Source of the DNA: Flaccisagitta enflata
Taxonomy: Eukaryota
Assembly: GCA_965153355.1 (NCBI GenBank)
Contig: OZ231126.1
Span: 21,948,001-22,012,000 of the forward strand
DNA: 64,000 bases
Direction: 5' to 3'
Below, in pieces: positions 24,801 to 39,127 of this stretch. The translations under genes and the position numbers were made by a program. Position 1 is the first letter of the stretch. Every line of letters begins with the position of its first letter. The notes under the pieces are model-generated. The model was given only the letters and a program-made list of their open reading frames with translations, searched no databases and had not been told where the DNA came from.

Positions 24801-25314
24801 TCGATCAGTAATTATCAAGTTAGCAACAAAATTTATCAAATTTCCTAATTGTTGTTTCACTGTCACCGCACACTTATTTCCTAGTTGTTAAGTAATAGTG
24901 TGGAGGGAAAAAGCATAGGTAGAAGTAGGCAGGCGCAGCTTAGGCAGGCCCAAGACCAGGAGGGGGGTGGAACTAAGATCGTGATAATGAGGAGGGGAAA
25001 GGGCTAAGAAGTGCCCAGGGCTATGAAGGGCAAGAAGGGTGAAACTAGGATCATGACGATGACGGTGACGACGATGAAAATGACAAGCGCGCTGACAAAG
25101 ACGACGACGATGGTGATGACGATGACGACGAAGAAATAGGGACGCGGCTCGGAGGTGACGACGTCGCCGACACATACAGAATAAGTCAGAATATGTGTGA
25201 GGGGAAATGAAAAGAAGTCGGACCGAATGTTGATCCATCAAAGCCACACACATTTCCAAGTCTAAAATTTGGACTGAAAAATGGGACTCCATCACTCTTA
25301 TCACACGCCGCACG

Positions 25315-25405
<91 letters not shown>

Positions 25406-25419
25406 TATAGTCACTGTGA

Positions 25420-25499
<80 letters not shown>

Positions 25500-25658
25500 T
25501 GGGCTACGACGAAAGCGTTTCACCGAACAGGATTAGGGTTAAATTTTTTGAAATACACTCAGTCCTTTCCCGAGAAAGAATTCGATGTTTTTTAATTTTT
25601 TCTGCTGTTTTGAAATTCAGTGACTCTAAGCACTCCTCACTCTCCCTGTATGCCTGTC

Positions 25659-25691
<33 letters not shown>

Positions 25692-25712
25692 GTCTCTCTC
25701 TCTCTGTCTCTC

Positions 25713-25822
<110 letters not shown>

Positions 25823-26052
25823 CCTGCGCTTTCAATGTGTCAGTGTCTGATATAAGGGCGAATTTTAATGCGGAGATTGCCAAAACAAGATAACCTATTC
25901 GTTGTGTGAAAGGGTAGCAAAGTAGACTGATTTCAACCTCATTTTCGTTCTCAAGATTTTTGTTGCGGACACGCAACTCTACCAATAAAGGCGGCTAATC
26001 GCCGTAGGAAAAAAGTCGTAAATGCTGAGAGAAAGAGGAAGAGAGAGAGAGG

Positions 26053-26168
<116 letters not shown>

Positions 26169-26759
26169 GGGGAGAGAGAGACAGAGGGGGAGAGAGAGAG
26201 ACAGAGAGAGAAATTGAGAAAAACATGTAACACAGGGTACCAATATCGTTGTGAACAGGGGTATCAAACCCCAACCCTACCCCAATCCCCACACACAAGT
26301 ATCTAGACCGCTTGTTTTTCCACTTTTCCACTTGGACAGACAGAAGGACCACCAGACTGATAGATGCACTGACGGACAAAGCCTCTCATAGAGTGCGGAG
26401 TTGAAATGAGAAAGAGACTGTGCTGCCAGGATACATAATTATCACCTAGGACATTTCAAAGTTCAAACAGACTTCAATTAACTCGATTCCTCGTTTTCTA
26501 GGAAAACGCAAAAATTGAGGAAAAATAAAAAAAGATTCAAAAATTCATAGCTCCAAAACTATTGATCCCACAAAATTCTGCTTGGTGTCATCTGAAAGAG
26601 GAGAATTAGCCTTTTCTTATTGTTAATTTACACGTAGGCCTGCTCGGCCCGAAAGCACCCACCCTCTCCTAAAAAGACTCACGGGAAAAAGGGAAAACCA
26701 AATTCCTCCGCAGGTCTCAAAAAGCCGAAGGTATTCTTCGACTTTTTTCCAAATAAGAG

Positions 26760-26978
26760 GCATTGTCCGTCCGTCCGTCGGTCCGTTGGTCCATTGGTCC
26801 GTTGGTCCGTTGGTCTTTCCGTGAACATGTGTTGAAAAGTGGGAAAATGAGCGTTTTAGAAGCTTTTTTGTGTATGTGTCTGTGTTGGAAGGGGGTTGGG
26901 TGGGGCGTTGGGTGTGGATAGGGGTTGGCTACACCTGCCCATCCGTCCGCAACGATATTGTGACCCCGCGCCACTTGT
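26760..26978 (+). mobile_element. HINE/DINE-like element, family A variant (5'-truncated)
   Basis: (GTCC)n...CCTGCCCATCCGTCCGCAACGATATTGTGACCCCGCGCCACTTGT. A matching 5' end (TTTTTGTTGCGGACACGCAACTCT) lies at ~25956-25980. Confidence 0.65.
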
Positions 26979-27262
26979 ATTCTCTCTCTCTCTTTTTTTT
27001 TTTTGAGATGGTGATTTTCTTAGCTTAATTCTCGGGGCGCGCTAATCAAATCACTTTTTATTCCTCTCCTTTTTTTTCCTCTCTTTTTCTGACTCGTTCC
27101 GATTCTGAATTTGGGTCGATCAAGAGTTTTTTTTATTACACTTCTTTCCACCTAGGTTTGTCTAACTAACTCTATCACTGTGCGTGTGTGTGAACCTGTA
27201 CATGCGCGTATTTGTGTGCGTGCTTGTGCATAAGAAATTGGGTCTCTTTCTTCTTCCTGTTC

Positions 27263-27708
27263 TTTTTGGGCAGCGGCCCCGAAGGGGTCGATGACCTATG
27301 CTTTCACACAAATGGGGGATTTTCTCCTTCTCCTTCTTCTCCTACGTCCCCCCTCAAATCCCAGTCTCGAGGCCAACCCAGTCTCGAGGCTCAAATCCCC
27401 AGCTTCTCGAGGCCCAAGATCCCAGCCCCAGCTCAAATCCCAGCCTCAAGGCTCAAATCCTAGCCTGAGGCCCAGATTTCAGTCTTGAGGCCCAAATCTC
27501 AGCCTCAATGTCAAAATCTCAGCCAAGAGGCCCAGATACTGGCCTTGAGGCCCAAAATCAGAAGCAGAAGAAGGAGAAAATCCCCATATGTGTGAAAGAT
27601 AGGGTCATCGACTCCCTTCTGGGGCCGCTGCCCTGCCTCTCAACTTCAACCACAACTTACTTGGGCAGGGCACGGGTACCGCTGACCATCTAACGCTTTA
27701 AGGACTAT
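27263..27708 (+). mobile_element. HINE-like element, family B, with internal ~20-21-bp minisatellite
   Basis: TTTTTGGGCAGCGGCCCCGAAGGGGTCGATGACCTATGCTTTCACAC...GGTCATCGAC...GGGGCCGCTGCCC, then tail GGGCACGGGTACCGCTGACCAT. Confidence 0.82.
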
Positions 27709-27709
27709 T

Positions 27710-28345
<636 letters not shown>

Positions 28346-28815
28346 TTCATCTTTCTTTCGCCTCTTTCCCCCTCTTTCTCCCTCTGCTTCTTCCTTTGTC
28401 CCTTTTCTCTCTTGGTTCTCTGCATCCCATGAGAGCCGAAAAGTCGAAAGCCCGCGAGGCTCTCGAATCGAGCCGAGGGCGAACACAGAGAGAGAGAGAG
28501 AGGGAGGCGAAGACTGAGGGCGCAGAGAGGCCGCCAGAGGGCCAAATGTACTCGCATGGAAGACTCACGAGAAAGAGGAGAAGAAAACGAACGAGACGGA
28601 GAAGACGTTTTTGCATCCTTGATACAGGAGGATAAGGGGGAGAAGAAATAATGGGAGGAAAGTGGACGTAAGACGGGGGGGGGGGGGGGGAACCAGAAAA
28701 ACAAGAACTGTTACTAAGTGTAAGATACAAAAAAAGGCTGGGAAATTTTTTTATATTTCTCTGAGTTTAAATGATTGTTTTTTTTCTTCGTTAGCTTTGC
28801 AACGACCAAGTAAAT

Positions 28816-29015
28816 AACAAGGCCGGATGCACGGCCACCAGTTGCGGACGGGTGGGCAGGGGCGGAAATGCGCGTTTTCCCACTTTTCGACTCGATCACC
28901 TCTACGGACCAACCAACCAACCGACCAACCGACCGACCAACCGACCGACCGACCAACCGACCGACCGACGGACGGACAAAGCCACTTATAGAGTTGCGTG
29001 TCCGCAACTAAAAAA
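28816..29015 (-). mobile_element. HINE/DINE-like element, family A variant
   Basis: AACAAGGCCGGATGCACGGCC...GGGTGGGCAGGGGC...(CCGA/CCAA)n...TATAGAGTTGCGTGTCCGCAACTAAAAA. Confidence 0.82.
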
Positions 29016-29903
29016 AAAAGAGTTCAGACAAGAGGGAGGCGATAAGAATTGAGGGGGGAAATGGGACTTACGGGAGAGCTTTTATAAACACTTTTTTTAA
29101 AGATTGCGCTCGAAACTAGCGTAGAACTTTACAACTGTTTACATCAGTTAACGACAAAAGGCAAATAGAAAAAAAAAAAAACGTTAAAAATGAGAAACGC
29201 TGCCCAAACGTGGCGCTCACATGCCTGAAACCAAAAGCGTTTTTCAACAAGTGCCCCACCTCTCTTTTTGAGTCGATGCCATTTTTGCCGCACCTTAGCA
29301 GTTGATGAATTTTTGCCTCCAAGGGTGCAGTCGTACCACTTTACAGTTAACACGAAGTTTCTCCTCCATGCCGAGTCACATACGCTCGCAGTTCGACGTC
29401 GAACTTGCGCGTCGAACCTTTGTGTCCTGGAGGCTTCCTTTTGTTTTGGCGACTCTCGGATCTTGGGTCAATAATTCGGCGAGGCGCATGTGCTCCACTT
29501 CCGTAGTCGTGCAAAAGGCCGTCAGCGCGCAACAGATGGCGACGCGAAGAGCGCCGGTCGAACTGACTGACGCATTTAATGGGAATGACAGTTGAAGTGA
29601 TGAGGAAACTAGTAGGCAGTAATCAGTAACTTTTAATCAATCAATTTCGTTGCGGACAAGGTGAGAGGGAGGGGCGAAAATACACAATTTTACTTGTTTC
29701 AACTCCTGTCTGATAGACAGACCAACAGAGAGATGAAACTCAAATGTCAAAGGAGAAATCAGGAATGTTGACGAAACTAGTCCATGATAGTCAATCTCAT
29801 CCCTCATGCTCAACTCTGTATGAGTATCTATAGGAAAAGAAGCGTGATTGAACAGATCTTGTGATCTGGAATCCATCACATGATCATCATCGCGCCATGC
29901 AGA

Positions 29904-30071
<168 letters not shown>

Positions 30072-30358
30072 TTCGATTCCCCTTTCAAGATTGGAAACTC
30101 GGGTGTTTGATGGGGGAGGCGGACGAGAAGGAGGCAGAGAAGGAGGTGGAGAAGGAAGGAGAGATATGACTATGAGGAAGGAGGAAGGGTAGAACAAATT
30201 GGGCAGGGGATAATCAAGAAGAAAAAGAAAGAAGAAGAAGAAGAAGAAGAAGAAGATAAGGAGGAGAAGAAGAAGAAGGAGAATAAGAAGAAGAAGAAAA
30301 AAAAAGAAGAAGAAGAAGTAGCGGATGTGTTAAAGAAGAAATGTTTGTCAAGGATAAA

Positions 30359-31387
30359 CAGTCAATGGACAAAACGATATATGTAGATATGTCAACACCA
30401 TGAGACATTTCACAGAGTAAAGATATTTCATTTTTAAAAAATATTTTAGTTCACTGAAATATTTCAGTGGGGTGAAATAAAAAAATTTCAGCAGGCTGAA
30501 ATATTTCAACAGGATGAAATATTTCAGAAGAGTGAAATATTTCAACGAGATGAAATCATGATATCAGTTAAAGAATTTTAAACAGACTAAGAACATGCAG
30601 TTTATTTCATTACCTATACAGTAGATGTCGTCTATACTTGGAAATACGGGGAGCTCATAACCTGAGCATCAGTACAATGAGGGGACTGATATTTTGCTGG
30701 TGTAATGTATAGGCCCTAAAGGGTTGACAATGGGGTATGGCATCCCCCTATGGCTTATTTTACAACAATTGACTTTTAGTTTAAATTGACTTTTAGTTTA
30801 AAGTATTAAGATCAATCACTTTTATGGCAGAATTTCAGCTTCATCAATTTGCTTTAATTGCAAAACCAGCCTGAGATTCAAATCTGGAAAAAAGATATAA
30901 AGATATAAACTGACTAAGATAGATTTGAAGTTAAGTGAGTTAACCACTAGACCAATTTTTGCAGTTGTTTCAATGAAGGGATTTTGATCTAGTACATTCA
31001 AAAAAATTTTCTGTCCACAGAGCTGCCATAAGTGACTCATACCTCATCGTCAACTTAATAGGACATAAGCATTATACACACACAGTTTCATTGGCACAAA
31101 TGGTAGTTAGGATATGAGGGCCCCTTTTAATTCCAAATCTAGATGACATCTACTGTACAATGTCACAAGTTGAAGTTTTGAATGATATGATATCATGATT
31201 TCATTTCATTGAAATATTTCACTCTGCTAAGATATTTCATCCTGTTGAAATATTTCAGCCTGCTGAAATTTCACCCTACTGAAATATTTCAGTGTACTGA
31301 AATATTTCTTCAAAATGAAATATCTTTACTCCGTGAAATATCTCATGATGTTGACATATCTACATATATCGTTTTGTCCACTGACTG
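30359..31387. mobile_element. Outer long-TIR MITE (Tc1-like), ~210-bp arms with TGAAATATTTCA subrepeats
   Basis: CAGTCAATGGACAAAACGATATATGTAGATATGTCAAC... pairs with ...GTTGACATATCTACATATATCGTTTTGTCCACTGACTG|TA. Confidence 0.85.
30619..31155. mobile_element. Inner MITE sharing TIRs with 13335-13890
   Basis: TA|CAGTAGATGTCGTCTATACTTGGAAATACGGGG...TTCCAAATCTAGATGACATCTACTG|TA. The interior is unrelated to the 13335 copy. Confidence 0.85.
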
Positions 31388-31734
31388 TAAAGACGAAGCG
31401 AGTTAGAAGAAGACGAAGAAAATGAAGAGAATGACGTAGAAAAAGAAATCATGATATAAAGAGGCTAATAAAATGAAGGGCAGGGCCAGGGGTCGAACAA
31501 GGGGGCAACAAGATTCATACATCATATAATTCATTTTACATAGAAAACTGTGAAATCAACGGGCGTGACATTAGGAAAAGACTAAAGAAAACAAGACCGA
31601 GAAACGCTGGGGGCAATGTCCTCTGATGATTTGGGAAGACGCCTTGGCTTAAGTAAACGCTCGAAAACAAAGAGTTAGACCAGATAAAGCTTTATCCCTG
31701 AGAATTGAAAACATGCGTGGAAATTTTGGCAAAA

Positions 31735-32448
<714 letters not shown>

Positions 32449-33054
32449 CAAAAGTGCGTGGAAATCATGATAATGAGGACATCTGGCGAGAAAAGTGAAT
32501 GACAGTTCGTGATGGTGCGGAGAAAGGCAGTGCTGACGGCGCCGGCCTTGATAGAGGCGTCCTCAGGCTTAGGCGACTTCTACGACAGGAACGCCTTTAG
32601 TGACAGGTAAAGTCCATGAGCCATGGCGTCGCTCGTGATGGAAGCGTCCTTCGGCAGACAGCGCAGGCCTTGATAAGGGCGTCCCTAGGAAAGGGTGGTT
32701 TCTACAGCAGGGAAGCCTTTCGCGTCAGGCACAGCAAACGGCCCCGGCCTTGGTAAAAGTTTCCTGCGACAAGAACTCCTTAAGCGTCTAGCAGAGCAAA
32801 TAGGTAATGTCCGGAAGAAGCATCTTTTCCGGAGGCGTCTGATAGAAGCGTCTTCTCTTGTGGTCAAACTTGCTGTGGCATAATGTTGAGCTTTATGGCT
32901 ATGGCCCTGTAACAGGTAACAGGTAACCTCGTCAGGCACAGGCGATTTCTCCAACGTTGCCAGGTCTTGACACAGGCATTGTCAGGAACGAGAAACCCTC
33001 TTCAACAAATATGCCATAAAGAAAGGGCAATGGGAGTGGTAAATTACAAGGCGA

Positions 33055-33315
33055 GTGACGGCCAATATGGCGGCGAGTGACGGCGAAAGTTGCGGCCATT
33101 GAGGGCGAAAGTGGCGGCGAGCAACGGCGAAAGTGGCGGCGAGCGACGGCGAAAGTGACGGCGAAAGTGGTGGCGAGCAACGGCAAAAGTTGTAGCGAGT
33201 GGCGGCGAAAGTTGTGGCGAGCGACGGTGAAAGTGGCGGCGAGTGACGGCGAAAGTGGCGGCGAGCGACAGCGAAAGTGGTGGCGAGCGACGGCGAAATT
33301 TGCGGCGAGGCGGCG
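33055..33315. repeat. GC-rich 22-bp minisatellite (GTGGCGGCGAGCGACGGCGAAA)
   Basis: About 11 degenerate tandem copies. Confidence 0.88.
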
Positions 33316-34228
33316 ACCGATGACAGTCGTGGAAAAGAAGAGATAAAGATAGCAACCGCTGACGGAAATCATTCCCCTCGTTAAAAGGAGGCAGAAGCAA
33401 GGGAGTGGGGGAGTGAGGGGGGGGGGGAAGAAGAGGGTGATTGGGGGTTGAATTTCGGAGAATGTGCTTTCCAGCATATCTATTTGTATGATTAATGGAT
33501 TGAAATATTCTCACAGTGAATCATCATCGGATGGTAAGTCACTATGAAAAACAATTTTCTCTTTGGTTTGCTGTCTTAACAAGAAGACGTAATCAGTAAT
33601 CAGTTGTAGGCGGATTTCCGTTATTATATTGCCAACATAGAAATATAAAGATATCGACATGAAGGGACCAAGATTTTAGATCCGTTACAGGTAGACTGCC
33701 GTTACTCTCGGATCCGTTATATCAGGGTGTAACTGTAATTGATGAAGACCTTGCCCTTAAAGTGTAAATCCTGTAAAAATGGCTTAAACATAAATTGGAT
33801 GGCAGATCAAAGTCACACTCGTCAATCTACCATGATTGAATGATGGAAAAAGAAAAAGAAATAGAAAAAAAATGTTGCGAGTTTAATCTACATTCAGATA
33901 AAACATTTCAAGTTATGGTTTGAAGATTACTGATAATAGCTCACATTTCTATGGCTGACTTTTTTTACCAATCAATGCCACAGATGCCGCAGATGGCGTC
34001 GTTTATGCTCAGGATCAAGATCAAGATTAAAGCGTAAGCCTCATAGATAATCATCCTTAAGTAATGAGTCTCTTGATCAGACGTGAGTAAAACTCTGTGA
34101 CACAGTGCGCTAGCTCACTGACTCAATTCGATGAGACAGATTGACTTGGAAGGGGGAGGGGGGTTGTCATGGTCAACATGGCAAGCTGGCCCTTTCAGAG
34201 GTAGAATGTGTTCGAGGGCATGTGTGTG

Positions 34229-35671
<1,443 letters not shown>

Positions 35672-35985
35672 TGCCGTTTCAAAGGCTCATTTCGCGGCGT
35701 TTAACCACCAGGGTGGGCGATGAGAGGTGGGAGACCACACAAACTCATCTACATAATGTACGGACGGGTGGGCAGGGGCATACGACCCCCTCTACTTAAA
35801 CCACCATCACCACCTCCACCATCACCACCATCACCACCACCACCGCCACCACCACCACCACCACCACCACCATCATCGCGATTTTACACTTCTCAAATCG
35901 AGAGTGACGGACCGACGGATGAACAGACCCACGGACGGACACTCAAAAAGTCCCAGATTCGACACTAACTAGTCATCCAAGGATC

Positions 35986-36522
35986 GCACATGGTCAGCGG
36001 TACCCGATGCCCTGCTGGGAGTGATCCAGTGAAAAAGTGGAGTGAGAGCAGGGCAGCGGCCCCAAAGGGCCGATGTCCTGTAGAACACAGGGGGGAATTT
36101 CCATACGTCCTGAGGGGGCATATTTCAGGCCTTAGATGACTGATTTAGACCGCTGAAGGCATATTTGAAGGCTGGAGGGCAGAATCAAGGCTTGGAGAGC
36201 CGATTTGAGGTTTGGAGGGCAAATTTAAGCCATGGAGGGCTGATTTTATGCTTGGAGGGCTAATTGAAGGTCTGGAAGGCAGATTTGAGGTCTGGAGGAC
36301 AGATTTGAGGTGGGGGGGGGGGGGCTGATTTGAAGCCTGGAAAGCTGATTTGAGGCTTGGAGGGCTGAATTGAGGGCTGGGAGGGCAAATTTGAGGGCTG
36401 GGAGAGCGAATTTGAGGCCAACGGGGGGGGGGACGGACGGAAGGGCGGACGGACGGACGGACGTATGGAAATTCCCCCCTGTGTTCTACAGGACATCGGC
36501 CCTTTGGGGCCGCTGCCCAAAA
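35986..36522 (-). mobile_element. HINE-like element, family B
   Basis: GGTCAGCGGTACCC tail at ~35992, a ~60-bp inverted repeat 36051-36110 vs 36460-36518 (GGGCAGCGGCCCCAAAGGGCCGATGTCCTGTAGAACACAGGGGG), and internal ~21-bp repeats GGAGGGC.GATTTGAGGC. Confidence 0.82.
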
Positions 36523-36911
36523 AGTAGAGAAAAATATTCTGGGTTATCGTATTGGGTCGCTGCTCAAAGTTTATGAGTACAGGATGATAAGTATATAACT
36601 AAGCTAGCTGAAATATCAAACTTGGAATGATATCTAATATATTTGAAATGACGATATCCTCCGCTTAAATGGTTTTCGAAAGTTTCATATTTCAAATATT
36701 CGCTGAAGTCAGATATTGATAAAAGAAAACGCGCTTTGAATCCTCTTTAACATAAATTAATGGTACACTGGTTTTCATCTGTTTTCATCTGTTTTCATCG
36801 GCCACGTCAGGCAAGTACTTTGAGTAGCCAGAGGCGGGACTTTTTAAATCAACTTAAACATCAAAGTGATATTATTAATCTGAATCATCTCAGATGATTA
36901 TTCATGTATTA

Positions 36912-37257
36912 CCGTATTTTTTCTAATTAGCGCCCCGGGCGCTTTTGAAATTGGCAAAAAAAACATTGTCATTTTACCCTCCAATAAGCGCCCCCTTTTG
37001 ATTCATAAACATTCTCTTTTCCTGTGTTTTTTACAATGAATGCTATTTAGAATATCAGAAATGTGATATTAAATGATTCAGAGTGATATTTTTTGCTTGT
37101 TTTCTAATCAATCCCTGACAATAGACACTGAAATAAGCAAAATCATTTCTCTTTCAATAGTCATTCACTTCTTCATCTTCCCTCAAATCATTATTCTGAG
37201 GAGCAGAAAGGGGGGGGGCGTTATTTGGAGGGGGGGCGATAAATGGAAAAAATACGG
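36912..37257. mobile_element. pogo/Tigger-like MITE (CCGTATTT ends, TA flanks)
   Basis: TA|CCGTATTTTTTCTAATTAGCGCCCCGGGCGC...GGGGCGATAAATGGAAAAAATACGG|TA. An inverted second copy is at 60325-60647. Confidence 0.85.
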
Positions 37258-37861
37258 TACTCGGGTGTGTCAATATGCAAAACATTAATCCCTGAGAGTA
37301 TAACGCTAGGGCATCATGGAGTTACTCATTTAAATGCCTCCACCGTTTTTCTTTTTTCAAATTTCTGTCATCTTCCCTTTTTTAAAAGCCCTGTTTTGCC
37401 CCTAATTTGCATAATGTTGTAATCACGATTTTGACTTTTCACCCTTTGCCTTGTGTACTGGGACATTCCAATTACATTGTAATGCTGCTATTCTCAATAA
37501 AGCTTCACAGAAAAGTGTCTGAGTCAATCATATCAAATTCAATGAAATATTAAAATGGTCTTGTTTGATTCATTAATTTGTTTCTTGGCGAATGAGAGTG
37601 CAGACATTACATTAGATTTCGATCGCAAATAAAAAAAGGGTTGCCGATTGAATTTTGGAAAAAGGAAAACGGTGATCGTTTTAGAATCAACAGCCCCATC
37701 TTGCATCAGCGTTATGGTCTCAAACTCAGTCATCACCCATATTTGACATACCTGAATGTATTACTTATCTATTTCAACTGATAAATGATGTAATCATTGT
37801 ACACTGTACAGCTCAAAAACAATTATTGTTTGTGTGTTTAATGCGCTTTATTGAGCAATTA

Positions 37862-38364
37862 CATTGTGTTTCATGCAAAAATAGTTCTGAAAGAAGATTC
37901 AAAGAGCACTTAAGCTCTAATTTTTTGTGTAAAAATTTCACGGGTTTGGGTAAAATATTTTGGCCACAACATCAATTTGAAGTAAAAGGAGCATCTAAAG
38001 GAGAGGCTCTTTTAACATAATTTTAATTTTAACAGTTCTTCTTTGAAATGCCAGATTTGTCTCAAATTAAAGCGCAAAAAATTTTCTTTAATTTGAGACC
38101 AATCTGGCTCAAGCCTCTTAGAAGTGAGAGCACTTCAAAGAAGAATTTCCAAAATCAAAATTATGTTAAAAGAGCCTCTCCTTCAAATGCTCATCTTGCT
38201 TTAAATTGATGTTGTGGCCAAGATATTTGTCCCAAACCCATGAAATTTTTAAACAAAAAATCGGAGCTTAAGTGCTCTTTGAATCTTTTTTCAAAACTAT
38301 TTTTGCATTTTTAGAAGCATAATGGCGTTGTTTTCTTATATCTACTTTGGCATGAAACACCCTG
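37862..38364. mobile_element. Palindromic mariner-like MITE
   Basis: Arms 37873-38070 and 38085-38308 are reverse complements (e.g. GATTCAAAGAGCACTTAAGCTC / GAGCTTAAGTGCTCTTTGAATC). Ends TA|CATTGTGTTTCATGC ... GCATGAAACACCCTG|TA. Confidence 0.8.
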
Positions 38365-38383
38365 TATAAACGTCAAACGTCAA

Positions 38384-38480
<97 letters not shown>

Positions 38481-38929
38481 CGCAGATATGTTCTATGTTT
38501 TATCGATGAAAAAAAATCCCATCCATCTGAAATAGACGGAGGATTTGTAATTCGAATTAGATAGTTTTTTTGGTTTGACGAATGACAAAATTTAATCTGG
38601 TTTCCACAGTACAAAAAAAATCCTTCAAAATAAGTTTCAAATTCTGATGATAAAGAAGAAAAAGAAAAAGAAGGAAAAAGAATCATATTATTAAGTAGAA
38701 GGAGAAAGGAAGAAGAAGAAGAAGAAGAAGAAGAAAAACAAGAAGAAGAAAAAGAAAAAGAAAAAGAAAAAGAAGGAAAAAGGAGAAAAAAGAATCATAT
38801 CGTTAGGTAGGGGACGAGCCACTACTCAAAATTTCTAAGGCTGGGAGCGCATCTCGTTTTGAAAAAAACTCGCCCCCTGAAGTGATGAGAGTCATTGAAG
38901 GCGAAAATCACCAAATCAAAATGATGCGA

Positions 38930-39096
38930 TTGCCCTGAAATTTAAATTACTAGCTGACATGATGCTTCTCGACCTACGAGCCAAAAATCTTGATTATGAA
39001 CCGTCGTTAAGATGAACATACCTCTTTGCCTACATTAGGTAGAAGAAGAAGAGGAAGAAGAAGAAAAACAAAAACAAGAACAAGAAAACAAGAAAA

Positions 39097-39127
<31 letters not shown>

